A DNA stretch of 32,000 bases, from contig JAZDEL010000002.1 in the NCBI GenBank assembly GCA_043808785.1, positions 210,001 to 242,000 of the forward strand. The letters are read 5' to 3'. This stretch comes from Candidatus Iainarchaeum sp. (GTDB lineage: Archaea > Iainarchaeota > Iainarchaeia > Iainarchaeales > JAZDEL01). Shown piece after piece: positions 1 to 8,320 of the stretch; position 1 is the stretch's first letter; the number at the start of each line of letters is the position of its first letter. Position numbers and translations under genes: made by a program. The notes under the pieces were generated by a model. That model was given only the letters and a program-made list of their open reading frames with translations. It did not search any database and had not been told where the DNA came from.

Positions 1-671
1 TCAGGGAGATAAGCAAGAACGCCGAGGGCTCGGCAAGGGTAAGGCTTGGCAGCACCGAAGTTGTTGCCGGCGTGAAAATTTTCCCCGACAAGCCATATCC
101 GGACGCTCCCGACAAGGGAACTATCTCGGTCGGGATGGAGCTTCTTGCCCTGGCTTCCCCGTCATTCGAATCGGGGCCCCCGCGCGATGATTCGATCGAA
201 CTCGCAAGGGTTGTTGACCGCGGAATAAGGGAGAGCCAGGCAGTAGATTTCAAGAACCTCTGCATAAGGGAGGGGGAGCTTTGCTGGATAGTGTTCATAG
301 ACATGTATGCGCTGAACGACGGCGGCAACCTCTTGGATACCTGTTCAATGGCGGCGCTCGCCGCACTGGTTGACGCAAAGATGCCGAAACTTGAGGATGA
401 CAAGATCGTGAAGGGCGAACACTCTGGAAAATTAAAGATAGGATGCAAGCCTTTGCTAAACACCTTTGCGAAAATCGGCAGCACAGTTGTGCTCGACCCC
501 GACACCGCGGAGGAAAACGCAATGAGCGCAAGGTTCAGCCTTGCAACTGTCGATGAGGAGTACATTTCCGCGTTCCAGAAGGGAAAGGGCGGCTCGTTCA
601 CAGTTGCGGAACTCGATATGTGCATTGAAACCGCGTTCAAGAGGGGAAAGGAGCTGAGGAAACTCTTCTAG
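1..671 (+). CDS. rrp42: Exosome complex RNase PH-like subunit Rrp42. The 5' end is cut by the window edge, and the open frame continues from nt 3.
   Basis: The frame is open from nt 3 (REISKNAEGSARVRLGSTEVVAGVKIFPDKPYPDAPDKGTISVGMELLALASPSFESGPP...), which is typical of the archaeal Rrp42 RNase PH fold. It lies directly upstream of rpl37ae-rpoP, as in the conserved archaeal exosome supercluster. Confidence 0.7.
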   Translation, partial: REISKNAEGSARVRLGSTEVVAGVKIFPDKPYPDAPDKGTISVGMELLALASPSFESGPPRDDSIELARVVDRGIRESQAVDFKNLCIREGELCWIVFIDMYALNDGGNLLDTCSMAALAALVDAKMPKLEDDKIVKGEHSGKLKIGCKPLLNTFAKIGSTVVLDPDTAEENAMSARFSLATVDEEYISAFQKGKGGSFTVAELDMCIETAFKRGKELRKLF

Positions 672-699
672 CCTTTTGCGGTTCGCAGGGTGATAACTC

Positions 700-1113
700 G
701 TGGGAAAGACAAAAAAGGTTGGAAGGGCAGGCAGGTTCGGGGCGCGCTACGGGCGCAGCATAAAGAAGCGCGTGCTTGATGTCGAAATAAGGCAGAAGCG
801 GAAGCACGCCTGCCCGAAGTGCGGCTTCATGCGCGTCAAAAGGATAAACCGCGGCATATTCACCTGCAAAAAGTGCGGCAACGAATTTGCCGGGGGAGCA
901 TACCTGCCTAAAACAATGGCCGGGGGCATAATCGACAAGATGGTTTCCCAGAGGAAGTTCGTGCCAGCGGAACTCGAGGCCCTGAAGGAAGGTGCGGAGG
1001 AAACGGAGGCGCCCGCAGCCGAAGGCAAAAAGCCGAAAAAGAAGGGCAGGGCAAAAGAAGAGAAAGAGGCCGAGGAAGCTGCCCCGGAAGAAGAAACTGC
1101 GGAGGAAGATTAG
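700..1113 (+). CDS. rpl37ae: 50S ribosomal protein L37Ae (eL43) with a roughly 55-aa K/E-rich C-terminal extension
   Basis: GTG start preceded by AGGGTGAT. Contains GRAGRFGARYGRSIKKR plus the zinc ribbon CPKCG...CKKCG. The tail is AELEALKEGAEETEAPAAEGKKPKKKGRAKEEKEAEEAAPEEETAEED. Confidence 0.9.
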   Translation: MGKTKKVGRAGRFGARYGRSIKKRVLDVEIRQKRKHACPKCGFMRVKRINRGIFTCKKCGNEFAGGAYLPKTMAGGIIDKMVSQRKFVPAELEALKEGAEETEAPAAEGKKPKKKGRAKEEKEAEEAAPEEETAEED

Positions 1114-1134
1114 CCTTAACCAAGGGGTGTTCAT

Positions 1135-1269
1135 ATGAGCTACAAATGCATAAAATGCGGGGATGTTTTCGACAGCCTCCCTAAGGGAGTAATACGCTGC
1201 CCGAAGTGCGCCTATAAGGTGCTGCTGAAGGCAAGGGAACCGGTAACGAAGATAGTGCAGGCGAGGTAG
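1135..1269 (+). CDS. rpoP: DNA-directed RNA polymerase subunit P (Rpo12)
   Basis: This 44-aa ORF is not in the supplied track (too short): MSYKCIKCGDVFDSLPKGVIRCPKCAYKVLLKAREPVTKIVQAR. It has a CxxC-x13-CxxC zinc ribbon, a GGGGTG SD 7 nt upstream, and the conserved position after rpl37ae. Confidence 0.75.
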   Translation: MSYKCIKCGDVFDSLPKGVIRCPKCAYKVLLKAREPVTKIVQAR

Positions 1270-1343
1270 TTTTTCCCGGTGCATCGGTGCGGGGGAAGGC
1301 GGCGGGATAGTTGCGCAACGGGCGTATTCGTGCGGCAAAGGCG

Positions 1344-1613
1344 ATGAAGGTGGGCAGGTTGCAGAAGGGTGTTTATTCCCTCTCCCTGGCGCTTCATTTC
1401 CCCTCTTCGGGGCTTGCCCGAAGCGTGCGGGATGCGATCCTTCCCGAAATGGGGGGAAAGCACGAAAGGCGCTCGGAAGCGCGCATGAATATTAATAAAA
1501 ATGTTCTTTCATTAACAGTTAATGCGTATGACATCACGGCGCTTAAGGCTTCGGTAAATTCGCACATGAAACTCATAATCCTTGCTGAAGGGCTTGCAAA
1601 CCTTGATGCTTAA
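1344..1613 (+). CDS. KEOPS subunit Pcc1-like protein
   Basis: Motifs AILPE ... NVLSLTVNAYDITALKASVNSHMKLIILAEG resemble the Pcc1/CTAG fold signature. It sits between rpoP and prefoldin beta, as in many archaea. The start is uncertain (TTG 1311 or ATG 1344). Confidence 0.45.
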   Translation: MKVGRLQKGVYSLSLALHFPSSGLARSVRDAILPEMGGKHERRSEARMNINKNVLSLTVNAYDITALKASVNSHMKLIILAEGLANLDA

Positions 1614-1627
1614 TGGAGGTAATCCGT

Positions 1628-2002
1628 ATGGACGAAAAAGAAATGCAGCAGACCGTGGCGGAATTCGAGAGGGGCAGGGCACAGCTCATGAACGTTTCCG
1701 CGCAGAAGCAGCAGTTGCAGCTCCAGTCCGCGGCAATTAACGCTTCGCTGGAGGAGCTCGGAAAGACAAAGGAAAAGAAGGTTTACAAGGCCGCAGGGAG
1801 CATCCTTGTGCTGAAGGATATTGCGGATGCGAAAAAGGAACTTGCGGACCAGAAGGAATCCACGGAACTGAGGCTCAAGACAGTGCAGAAGCAGGAGGAC
1901 GCGCTCCTCGACAAGCTGAATAAATTGAGGTCCAAGATAGAGGGGGCGCGGAAGCCAGAGGCAAATGCCGAAGGCAAGAAAGAAGAGAAGGGGAAGAAGT
2001 GA
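1628..2002 (+). CDS. pfdB: Prefoldin beta subunit
   Basis: Coiled-coil / beta-hairpin / coiled-coil layout (QQLQLQSAAINASLEEL ... KKVYKAAGSILVLKD ... ELRLKTVQKQEDALLDKLNKL). A GGAGGT SD precedes ATG 1628. Confidence 0.8.
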   Translation: MDEKEMQQTVAEFERGRAQLMNVSAQKQQLQLQSAAINASLEELGKTKEKKVYKAAGSILVLKDIADAKKELADQKESTELRLKTVQKQEDALLDKLNKLRSKIEGARKPEANAEGKKEEKGKK

Positions 2003-2073
2003 ATTTCCCGCGGGGCTTTGCAGCGGCAGGCGCGAGGTTTCCCGTGCCGGGAAATTCCGCAAGGGGGCTTTAG

Positions 2074-3159
2074 TTGGAGCAGAAAAAACCCTATGCCGCC
2101 GGCGTAAGGTTCCTTTCCTCCCTCAAAAACAAGAAACTTCTTTTGGTTACGCACTCTGGCGCGGATGTCGACGCGTTCGGCAGCGCCGCGGCCTTTTATT
2201 TCGCCTTCGGCAAAACCTGCAAGGGCATAACCCTTCTTGTGCCGGAGCACATAAACCTCAATGCAAAGGCGCTCGCGGAAAAAATGCGCGTGCCTTATGT
2301 TCACAGGCTCGGCGCAGGCACCCATATTTCTGATTTCGACTGCGTAATAGTGCTGGACCTGAACTCCGCGGACATGCTCGGTTCATTCGCGGCCTCGCTG
2401 GGCGGATTCAAAAAACCGGTGCTTCTTCTCGACCACCACACGCGTGCGGGAGAACTGCCCGCGCACAAGGTTTCGGCAATAATCGACAGGGGCGCGGTTT
2501 CAACCTCCGAAATAGTTTACGCGCTTTTCACAGCGGCAAAGGTTAAGGTAACGCCCAAAATTGCGGCATGCCTTGCCGCAGGCATCATAACCGATTCCGC
2601 CGGCTTCCTTGTTGCCGATAAGGGAACGTTCCGCATAATGGCGGAACTCATGGAAAAGGCCGAAATGCCTTACGCGGAACTCGCATCCCTCTTCAAGCTG
2701 AAAATGGATATTTCGGAAAAGATAGCAAAACTCAAATCGGCAAGGCGCTGCCGCATATTCGGCAGCGGCGGCTTCCTTGTTGTTTCAACTGAGGTTAGTT
2801 CCTTCGAGGCAAGCGCCGCCTCCGCTCTCGTGAGGCTCGGTGCAGATATCGCGTTTGCCGGCGCAGCTGAAAAGGGCGAAACAAGGATAAGCGCCCGCGC
2901 AAACAACCATTTCACGCTTTCAACCGGATTTGATTTTGTGCGCGACATTTTCATTCCGCTCTCCCGCGAATTTCCAGGCAACGGCGGGGGGCATGCAGCA
3001 GCTGCAGGCTTCAACGGCACTGGCAGCAACATCCAGCCACTTCTTGAGCGCTGTGTTGCCCTATCCAACGATTTCATCTCAAACAAGGTTCCAAAAAGCG
3101 CGAGGAAGCATTTGGGCGCGGATGTTCCGGGCGCTTCCGGTTTTAAGGAATACAAATAG
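2074..3159 (+). CDS. DHH/DHHA1-family phosphoesterase (NrnA-like or archaeal RecJ-like)
   Basis: Motifs HSGADVDAFGSAAA, VLDLNS, LLLDHHT, ITDSAGF and the DHHA1 motif GGGHAAAAGF. TTG start. Confidence 0.8.
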   Translation: MEQKKPYAAGVRFLSSLKNKKLLLVTHSGADVDAFGSAAAFYFAFGKTCKGITLLVPEHINLNAKALAEKMRVPYVHRLGAGTHISDFDCVIVLDLNSADMLGSFAASLGGFKKPVLLLDHHTRAGELPAHKVSAIIDRGAVSTSEIVYALFTAAKVKVTPKIAACLAAGIITDSAGFLVADKGTFRIMAELMEKAEMPYAELASLFKLKMDISEKIAKLKSARRCRIFGSGGFLVVSTEVSSFEASAASALVRLGADIAFAGAAEKGETRISARANNHFTLSTGFDFVRDIFIPLSREFPGNGGGHAAAAGFNGTGSNIQPLLERCVALSNDFISNKVPKSARKHLGADVPGASGFKEYK

Positions 3160-3176
3160 CCGCCGCGCACGGAAAT

Positions 3177-3587
3177 TTACCCTTCAAAATAAACAGTTGT
3201 CCCTCCCCTCTTCACCTTTTCGCGCGCAGCATATTTAACCAGGTAATGCGCAGTGCTTTTCGGTATCCCTGTTTTCTCCTCTATTTCCCTGTATGTCATA
3301 TCATCGTGGTGCATGTCCGCAATATCCCCTATCCTCCCTAACCCGATGCCAAGCGCCCTGCCCGCGTGCCTTTCCGTGCGCACTTCAATTCCGCTTTCGT
3401 GCAGGAGCTTCTTCGCCTTTGCACCGAGCCTTGCTGCGCATGACCCGCTCATAGTGACCCTGCGCAAAGTGCCCCTTGCAATAAGCCTTTTCAGGGTTTC
3501 CATGCGCACAGGCCTTACAAGGTGCAATGCGTCCGCATCAGCTGGAATTGCCTGCAGTTTTGTTTCCGGGGAGATAGGGTATTTCAT
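3177..3587 (-). CDS. Hypothetical protein with a C-terminal helix-turn-helix
   Basis: 136-aa ORF whose C-terminus TYREIEEKTGIPKSTAHYLVKY looks like a resolvase/sigma-type HTH. A TATA (3613-3622) lies about 30 nt upstream of the ATG. Confidence 0.45.
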   Translation of the reverse strand: MKYPISPETKLQAIPADADALHLVRPVRMETLKRLIARGTLRRVTMSGSCAARLGAKAKKLLHESGIEVRTERHAGRALGIGLGRIGDIADMHHDDMTYREIEEKTGIPKSTAHYLVKYAAREKVKRGGTTVYFEG

Positions 3588-3612
3588 ACTTCCGCCTTCC
3601 GCTTCCTCATCA

Positions 3613-3641
3613 CTATTATAATCCTTTTCAAGTATTATAAT
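3613..3641. promoter_or_regulatory. Pair of divergent TATA boxes (CTATTATAAT / GTATTATAAT)
   Basis: Two copies of TATTATAAT lie 19 nt apart between divergent genes. Each is about 20-30 nt from the ATG it faces (3587 on the minus strand, 3659 on the plus strand). Confidence 0.5.
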
Positions 3642-3658
3642 CGTTGTGGTGCCCCCTC

Positions 3659-4858
3659 ATGCCTGTTAAATTCAATTCAATAAAGGATGCCCTGAAAGCC
3701 CTGAAAAAGGGCGGCTTTGCTGTCCTCACGGACGATGAAGGCAGGGAGAACGAGGGCGACCTTGTGCTTGCGGCAAGGCACGCAACCCCCGCGAAAATAA
3801 ACTTCATTCTGCGGGAAGGCAGGGGCCTCCTCTGCGTTCCCATAACGCGTGAAAAGGCCGAGCGCCTTTCCCTCGGCAGGATGGCGCAGGGCAGGGACAA
3901 GTTTGACACGCCTTTCACTGTTTCCGTCGATGCCGCGCACGGCGTTCACACAGGGATGAGCGCGGAGGACAGGTGCAAAACAGTGAAGGTTATCGCATCC
4001 GCGGGTTCGGAACCCGCCGATTTGCAGCGCCCTGGGCATGTTTTTCCTCTTGTTGCAAGGGACGGCGGAGTGCTGGAAAGGGCAGGCCACACCGAGGGCT
4101 CCATCGACCTGCTGAAACTTGCAAAGCTCCCCCCGGCTGCGGTGATATGTGAAATAATGAACCTTGACGGCACAATGGCAAAACTGCCGCAGCTAATGCG
4201 CTTTGCCAAAAAGCACCGCCTGCCGATTGTGAGTGTGAGGGACCTGATAAGGGAGCGCGTCCGCACGGAGTCGCTTGTCAAGCGCATCGCGGAGGCAAGC
4301 CTCCCGACGGAATTCGGCGAATTCCGCGCCCTCGGTTACACCGATGTTGTTCACGGGCAGGAATATGTCGCGCTTGTGAAAGGCCGCGTGAAGGGGAAAA
4401 AGAATGTCCTTGTGCGCGTGCACAGCGCCTGCCTTACCGGGGACGTGCTTCACTCCCTGCGCTGCGACTGCGGTGAGCAGCTGCACTCGAGCATGCGCAT
4501 GATATCCCAAGCAGGCTGCGGAGCCCTGCTCTACATACCCCATCATGAGGGCAGGGGCATAGGCCTGCTGAACAAGCTGAAAACATACTCGCTCCAGGAC
4601 AAGGGCAAGGACACTGTCGAGGCAAACCTCGCGCTCGGCTTCGATGCCGACCTGCGCGATTACGGAATAGGCGCGCAGATACTGCGCGATTTGGGCTTAA
4701 GTTCGATAAAACTTATAACAAACAACCCGCGCAAGATTGTCGGCCTTGAGGGTTACGGCCTCAAGGTTACCGGCAGGGTTCCGATGAAAACAAAGCCCAA
4801 TTCGCACAATAAAAAATACCTGCGCACAAAAAAGAGGCGGATGGGGCACCTGTTGTAA
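3659..4858 (+). CDS. ribBA: Bifunctional 3,4-dihydroxy-2-butanone-4-phosphate synthase / GTP cyclohydrolase II
   Basis: DDEGRENEGDLV and HTEGSIDL (DHBP synthase) followed by HSACLTGDVLHSLRCDCGEQL and HHEGRGIGL (GCH II). ATG 3659 is preferred over the GTG at 3644. Confidence 0.9.
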   Translation: MPVKFNSIKDALKALKKGGFAVLTDDEGRENEGDLVLAARHATPAKINFILREGRGLLCVPITREKAERLSLGRMAQGRDKFDTPFTVSVDAAHGVHTGMSAEDRCKTVKVIASAGSEPADLQRPGHVFPLVARDGGVLERAGHTEGSIDLLKLAKLPPAAVICEIMNLDGTMAKLPQLMRFAKKHRLPIVSVRDLIRERVRTESLVKRIAEASLPTEFGEFRALGYTDVVHGQEYVALVKGRVKGKKNVLVRVHSACLTGDVLHSLRCDCGEQLHSSMRMISQAGCGALLYIPHHEGRGIGLLNKLKTYSLQDKGKDTVEANLALGFDADLRDYGIGAQILRDLGLSSIKLITNNPRKIVGLEGYGLKVTGRVPMKTKPNSHNKKYLRTKKRRMGHLL

Positions 4859-4888
4859 GGCGCCGCGCCCTGCGCAAAGAAGCGCAGG

Positions 4889-6103
4889 TTAGGGCATTTG
4901 CTCCGAAGCCGGCTCCTCATTTTTCCCCTGCTGCTCCTCAGCCCCGCGCCTGTGCAGGAGTTTATCCTTTATCTTTCCCCCGCCCTTCACAACCCTTTCC
5001 TTAATCTTTCCGCCGCCGCTGACAACGCCTTGCCTTATCCTGCCCCCTCCCCCCGCAAACTTACCTTTTATTTTTTCGCCGAGGTGCGCGTCAGCAACCC
5101 TTTTCCTTAATTTTCCGCCCCCCTCCTTTATTTTTGCGCCTATGCCTTTCCCCGGCACCTTCAGCACAGTCTCCTTTATTTTCCCGCCGATTTTCCCCTT
5201 TGTAACGGTTTTCCTCGTGGCATACCTTAAGCCGCGGACAATCTCCATCCTCCTCAGAGGGTCGTCGACCTTTTCATAAACCCCTTTCCTTATCTCCCTC
5301 ACAAGCGGGCCGCTCCATATCACGTTGCCCCTGTGCCGGAGTTCCTCGAGGAAAGAGGCATTGTCAATCGCATCGCGCTGGCACCTGAGTTTCAGTATCC
5401 CTGTGCCAACGCGGTCGGCGCTGTGCGCATCGCTCCCTGCAACAACAAACCTCGCCTTGTCCCCGAGTTCTATGGCATTGGCGCACCTTTTTATTATGTC
5501 AAAGCTCTGCTCGTCCACCTTCCTCTTCACGCTGCCGGTAATCTTCCCTATGAATACCTTCCTCGCAACCCTGTTCTTCTCCATGAAATCCAGGAAACCC
5601 CTCGGGGCGTTTATCCACTTGGAATCGTAAATGAAATTGCTCAGGTTGCCTATCATTCCGTTGTAAACCTCGACACCTATATGCTCCCTTATCACAAGGT
5701 TCTCGACGTTCTTCAGGCCGTAAAGGTAGCCTGCGCTGTCGTAGTTGAAGCCCCAGGGATGTGAGAGCGCAATCAGCACATCGCCCCTCCTGCTCGCCGC
5801 AATTATTGTTTCAAGGCTCACCTTTTCCCCGAGCAGTTCCGCGCGCTCGAACATTTCCGCATCTTTTCCGTAAGCAAGCATATGCCCGTATTCGGTGTTC
5901 ATCTCTATTCCGGGGATAAGCAGGACGCCCTCCGGCTTTGTTTCAAGAAGTTTCCTGTAGGATTCCGCGGGGTTCAAATCCGCGTGCTCCGTTATTGCCA
6001 CGCCGTCAAGCCCCACGCTTTTTACCCGCTCCCAGAATTTTTCGGGCTTAACCTTCTGCTCCGCAATGTGCGTGTGCAGGTCGAATGTGAATACGCGCGC
6101 CAT
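4889..6103 (-). CDS. PHP-domain metal-dependent phosphoesterase with a Gly/Lys-repeat C-terminal tail
   Basis: MARVFTFDLHTHIAE ... ITEHAD ... SHPWG ... GSDAHS are PHP motifs. The TATA ATTTATAA (6127-6134) is about 27 nt upstream of ATG 6103. The longer ORF reaching 6220 is probably an over-extension. Confidence 0.65.
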   Translation of the reverse strand: MARVFTFDLHTHIAEQKVKPEKFWERVKSVGLDGVAITEHADLNPAESYRKLLETKPEGVLLIPGIEMNTEYGHMLAYGKDAEMFERAELLGEKVSLETIIAASRRGDVLIALSHPWGFNYDSAGYLYGLKNVENLVIREHIGVEVYNGMIGNLSNFIYDSKWINAPRGFLDFMEKNRVARKVFIGKITGSVKRKVDEQSFDIIKRCANAIELGDKARFVVAGSDAHSADRVGTGILKLRCQRDAIDNASFLEELRHRGNVIWSGPLVREIRKGVYEKVDDPLRRMEIVRGLRYATRKTVTKGKIGGKIKETVLKVPGKGIGAKIKEGGGKLRKRVADAHLGEKIKGKFAGGGGRIRQGVVSGGGKIKERVVKGGGKIKDKLLHRRGAEEQQGKNEEPASEQMP

Positions 6104-6200
6104 AGTAGACTTAACCATGCTCCGCCTTATAAATTTTTTCGCGTGCGGTTTTGGCATGTTTATAAGCAAATTCTGGCATGCCAGCGTGAAATCCGAAACC

Positions 6201-6210
6201 TTTATAAATA
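6201..6210. promoter_or_regulatory. TATA box (TTTATAAATA)
   Basis: Centred about 29 nt upstream of ATG 6234. Confidence 0.4.
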
Positions 6211-6233
6211 ACCTGAGCATTTCTCTTCACAGT

Positions 6234-6536
6234 ATGGATGGGAATTCTGCCTATGCAGAAAGTCCCGCTTCCCAAGCCTTATCTGCCAAGGAGAGGGAAA
6301 TCTACGGGATAGTGTTGGAGAGCTGGCCTACCAGCGCGCTCGGCGTAGCGGAGCATTTCCGCGTTCCGATGCACACGCGCGAGGCAAAGAAGCAGGCATC
6401 GACAAAATACGCCTACTATCTTCACAAGCTCGTCGCGCGCAGGCTGCTGGTTTCGAAGCGCATAGGCAACGCGCTAGTTGTCTGGCCGCTGCACACCGAA
6501 AAATACCGCACAATACACAGCATACTTAAGGAGTGA
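6234..6536 (+). CDS. Small winged-helix-like protein
   Basis: 100 aa. LSAKEREIYGIVLESWPTSALGVAEHF ... YYLHKLVARRLLVSKRIGNALVVWP has a wHTH-like pattern. Confidence 0.4.
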   Translation: MDGNSAYAESPASQALSAKEREIYGIVLESWPTSALGVAEHFRVPMHTREAKKQASTKYAYYLHKLVARRLLVSKRIGNALVVWPLHTEKYRTIHSILKE

Positions 6537-6736
6537 TTCTTGGAAACAAAAAACAGGTTCAAATAAAATAAACAAAAACCGGGTTTGCATGGTTTTTGCC
6601 AAGAGGCCGTGCAAAGCCGAAGCCGGCAGTGTGCCGGAGAAATTCACGAGGAGGGATATGTAAAAGATGCTCAACAACTTTTTCTTACAAAGAAAAGGCT
6701 GGCGAAAAGAACAGTCCGCTTGCGCGGACAGGGTTG

Positions 6737-6907
6737 GTGTTGCACCTGCTTAACACCTTCTATGACAAATTCATCTTCACGGGCGGCCTGAAGTACGCGC
6801 ACAACAACAGCCTTTTCGGAGCGCGGGGTTGTGCGCAACCCCGCTTCCAAAAGCCTGGGGAAAACCGCACTAAAAATTCACGTGCGGGAGGTGCCGCGCT
6901 TGCTTAA
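6737..6907 (+). CDS. Short ORF carrying a second copy of the V4R-protein N-terminal 21-aa motif (truncated paralogue or upstream ORF)
   Basis: It encodes (V)LHLLNTFYDKFIFTGGLKYAHNN and then an unrelated 33 aa. Its TAA (6905-6907) overlaps the TTG/SD region of the next gene. The start codon is uncertain. Confidence 0.3.
   Translation: MLHLLNTFYDKFIFTGGLKYAHNNSLFGARGCAQPRFQKPGENRTKNSRAGGAALA
6748..6808 (+). repeat. Copy 1 of a 61-nt direct repeat (coding LLNTFYDKFIFTGGLKYAHNN)
   Basis: It matches 6902-6962. Including the leucine codon that starts 2 nt upstream (CTG 6746-6748 vs TTG 6900-6902), the two copies differ in eight codons, all synonymous (seven third-position changes, one first-position). 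Confidence 0.85.
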
Positions 6908-7463
6908 TACATTTTATGACAAATTCATCTTCACGGGCGGGCTAAAATACGCGCATAACAACTTCTACCTAATGAACCTGCCTTTCCTGATAATGCCGCT
7001 CGAGCTCCTTTCAGGGCTTGCTGCAAGGCAGGACCAGCACCTGGACCTTGAAATTTATTACTGCTCGAAGTATTCGACCCTGAGCGGCCTGCTTAAGCAG
7101 TTCGACCTCGATTTCGGCCTGCACGACGAAAAGGCGCTGCAGGTTGTCGAGGAATTCTTCACCGCCTCGGGCTGGGGGCTTATCGAGCACCTCGACAGGG
7201 ACGACGCGAACAAGCGCGCGATAGTTGTTGTGAAGGATTCGCCGATTGCGCACGCCCTGCACGGCAAGGTGAAATTTCCCGTCGACCATTTCCTGCGCGG
7301 CGTTTTCGCAGGCCTGTTCTCGCAGGTCTTCAAGGCGGATATGGAGTGCGTCGAAAGCAAGTGCCTAGCGCTCAATGAGGAGAGCTGCCACTTCGTGGTA
7401 AAGCAGGCGAACGAGTTTGATTTTTCAAAGAAGGAAGTGAGGAGGCAGCTGCGCGTGGATTGA
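6900..7463 (+). CDS. V4R (4-vinyl reductase-like) small-molecule-binding domain protein
   Basis: FFTASGWGLIEH ... VVVKDSPIAHAL ... FLRGVFAGLFSQVF ... ESKCLALNEESCHFVV is the typical V4R layout. A GGAGGTG SD lies 6 nt before TTG 6900. GTG 6891 is an alternative start. Confidence 0.6.
   Translation: MLNTFYDKFIFTGGLKYAHNNFYLMNLPFLIMPLELLSGLAARQDQHLDLEIYYCSKYSTLSGLLKQFDLDFGLHDEKALQVVEEFFTASGWGLIEHLDRDDANKRAIVVVKDSPIAHALHGKVKFPVDHFLRGVFAGLFSQVFKADMECVESKCLALNEESCHFVVKQANEFDFSKKEVRRQLRVD
6902..6962 (+). repeat. Copy 2 of the 61-nt direct repeat
   Basis: See copy 1. This copy forms the N-terminus of the full-length V4R protein. Confidence 0.85.
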
Positions 7464-7486
7464 GTGGCATAACCTGTGTCCGCGGG

Positions 7487-8320
7487 CTAGAGTGCGGGTG
7501 CCTGCTGTTCTGGCCTTGCGCGCACATCTTTCCAGAGTGACACCGCAATGCAGGACAGCACGTAAATGTAAACCACTGCCGCCAAAATTGTGGAAATGCT
7601 GATTTTCCACGTCAATACAATAAGCGGAAATGCTATTATGTAAAAAATCACCATTGCCGCCGCAATCGCGATTATGCGCAGCGGCAGCCACGCCTGTGTG
7701 AAGTGCGTGCCGAGCATTGCCGCCACGACGAACAAAACCGCGCAAATTGCAGAAATCGCAAACATTGCCAAAACTTTCCCCCACGTTATCCTGAAGAACC
7801 CCCAAACATCGGCCCAGCCCCTCTCCTGTTTTGAATTGATAAACAATCCTGCAGCAAGGCTCATGAACGAAATGAAGCCCCAGTGCAGCAGGAAGAACAT
7901 TTCCGTTTCAAATGAAGCCAAGCCCGCAAACCTTACTTCATCCATGTCGATGCCCGGGTGCCAGAATGAGATTACTGCGCGTTCATTTGCAATCATGGGC
8001 AAGAAAAGGATTGCAAGCCCCGCAATTATCAGGATTTGCCTTATTGAGATGAATTTCCTTATTTTCAGTTTCGGGTAAATGAGCAATACTGCGGCAAACA
8101 GCACGGCAAACCAGCCTGCGGGACCGAGTATCGGCGCGATTGCGCTTCCCGCGCTCGGCGTTATGCCTTTTATGTGGCAAACTCCAGTTGGCCCGAATGC
8201 GTAAAGCAAAAAGCCCGCGGAGAAAACAAGCCTTATTATCGGCCCGTTCATCCTGCCCAGCACGTAACCCGATGCGATTGCGGCAAAAATAATTGCGGCA
8301 ATTATAATTAATTCCTGCAT
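7487..8320 (-). CDS. Polytopic membrane protein, function unknown
   Basis: 277 aa with about 8 hydrophobic segments. No recognisable catalytic motif. Confidence 0.55.
   Translation of the reverse strand: MQELIIIAAIIFAAIASGYVLGRMNGPIIRLVFSAGFLLYAFGPTGVCHIKGITPSAGSAIAPILGPAGWFAVLFAAVLLIYPKLKIRKFISIRQILIIAGLAILFLPMIANERAVISFWHPGIDMDEVRFAGLASFETEMFFLLHWGFISFMSLAAGLFINSKQERGWADVWGFFRITWGKVLAMFAISAICAVLFVVAAMLGTHFTQAWLPLRIIAIAAAMVIFYIIAFPLIVLTWKISISTILAAVVYIYVLSCIAVSLWKDVRARPEQQAPAL

Noticed and set aside
637-1338. 233-aa minus-strand ORF covering rpl37ae and rpoP
   Set aside because: It is antisense to two genes with unmistakable zinc-ribbon ribosomal and RNAP signatures. The translation is Pro/Arg/Leu/Phe-rich, as expected for a shadow ORF in GC-rich DNA.
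1783-2325. 180-aa minus-strand ORF and 122-aa + ORF (1965-2333) across the pfdB/DHH junction
   Set aside because: They overlap the well-supported prefoldin beta and DHH genes, and have Arg/Cys-rich low-plausibility composition.
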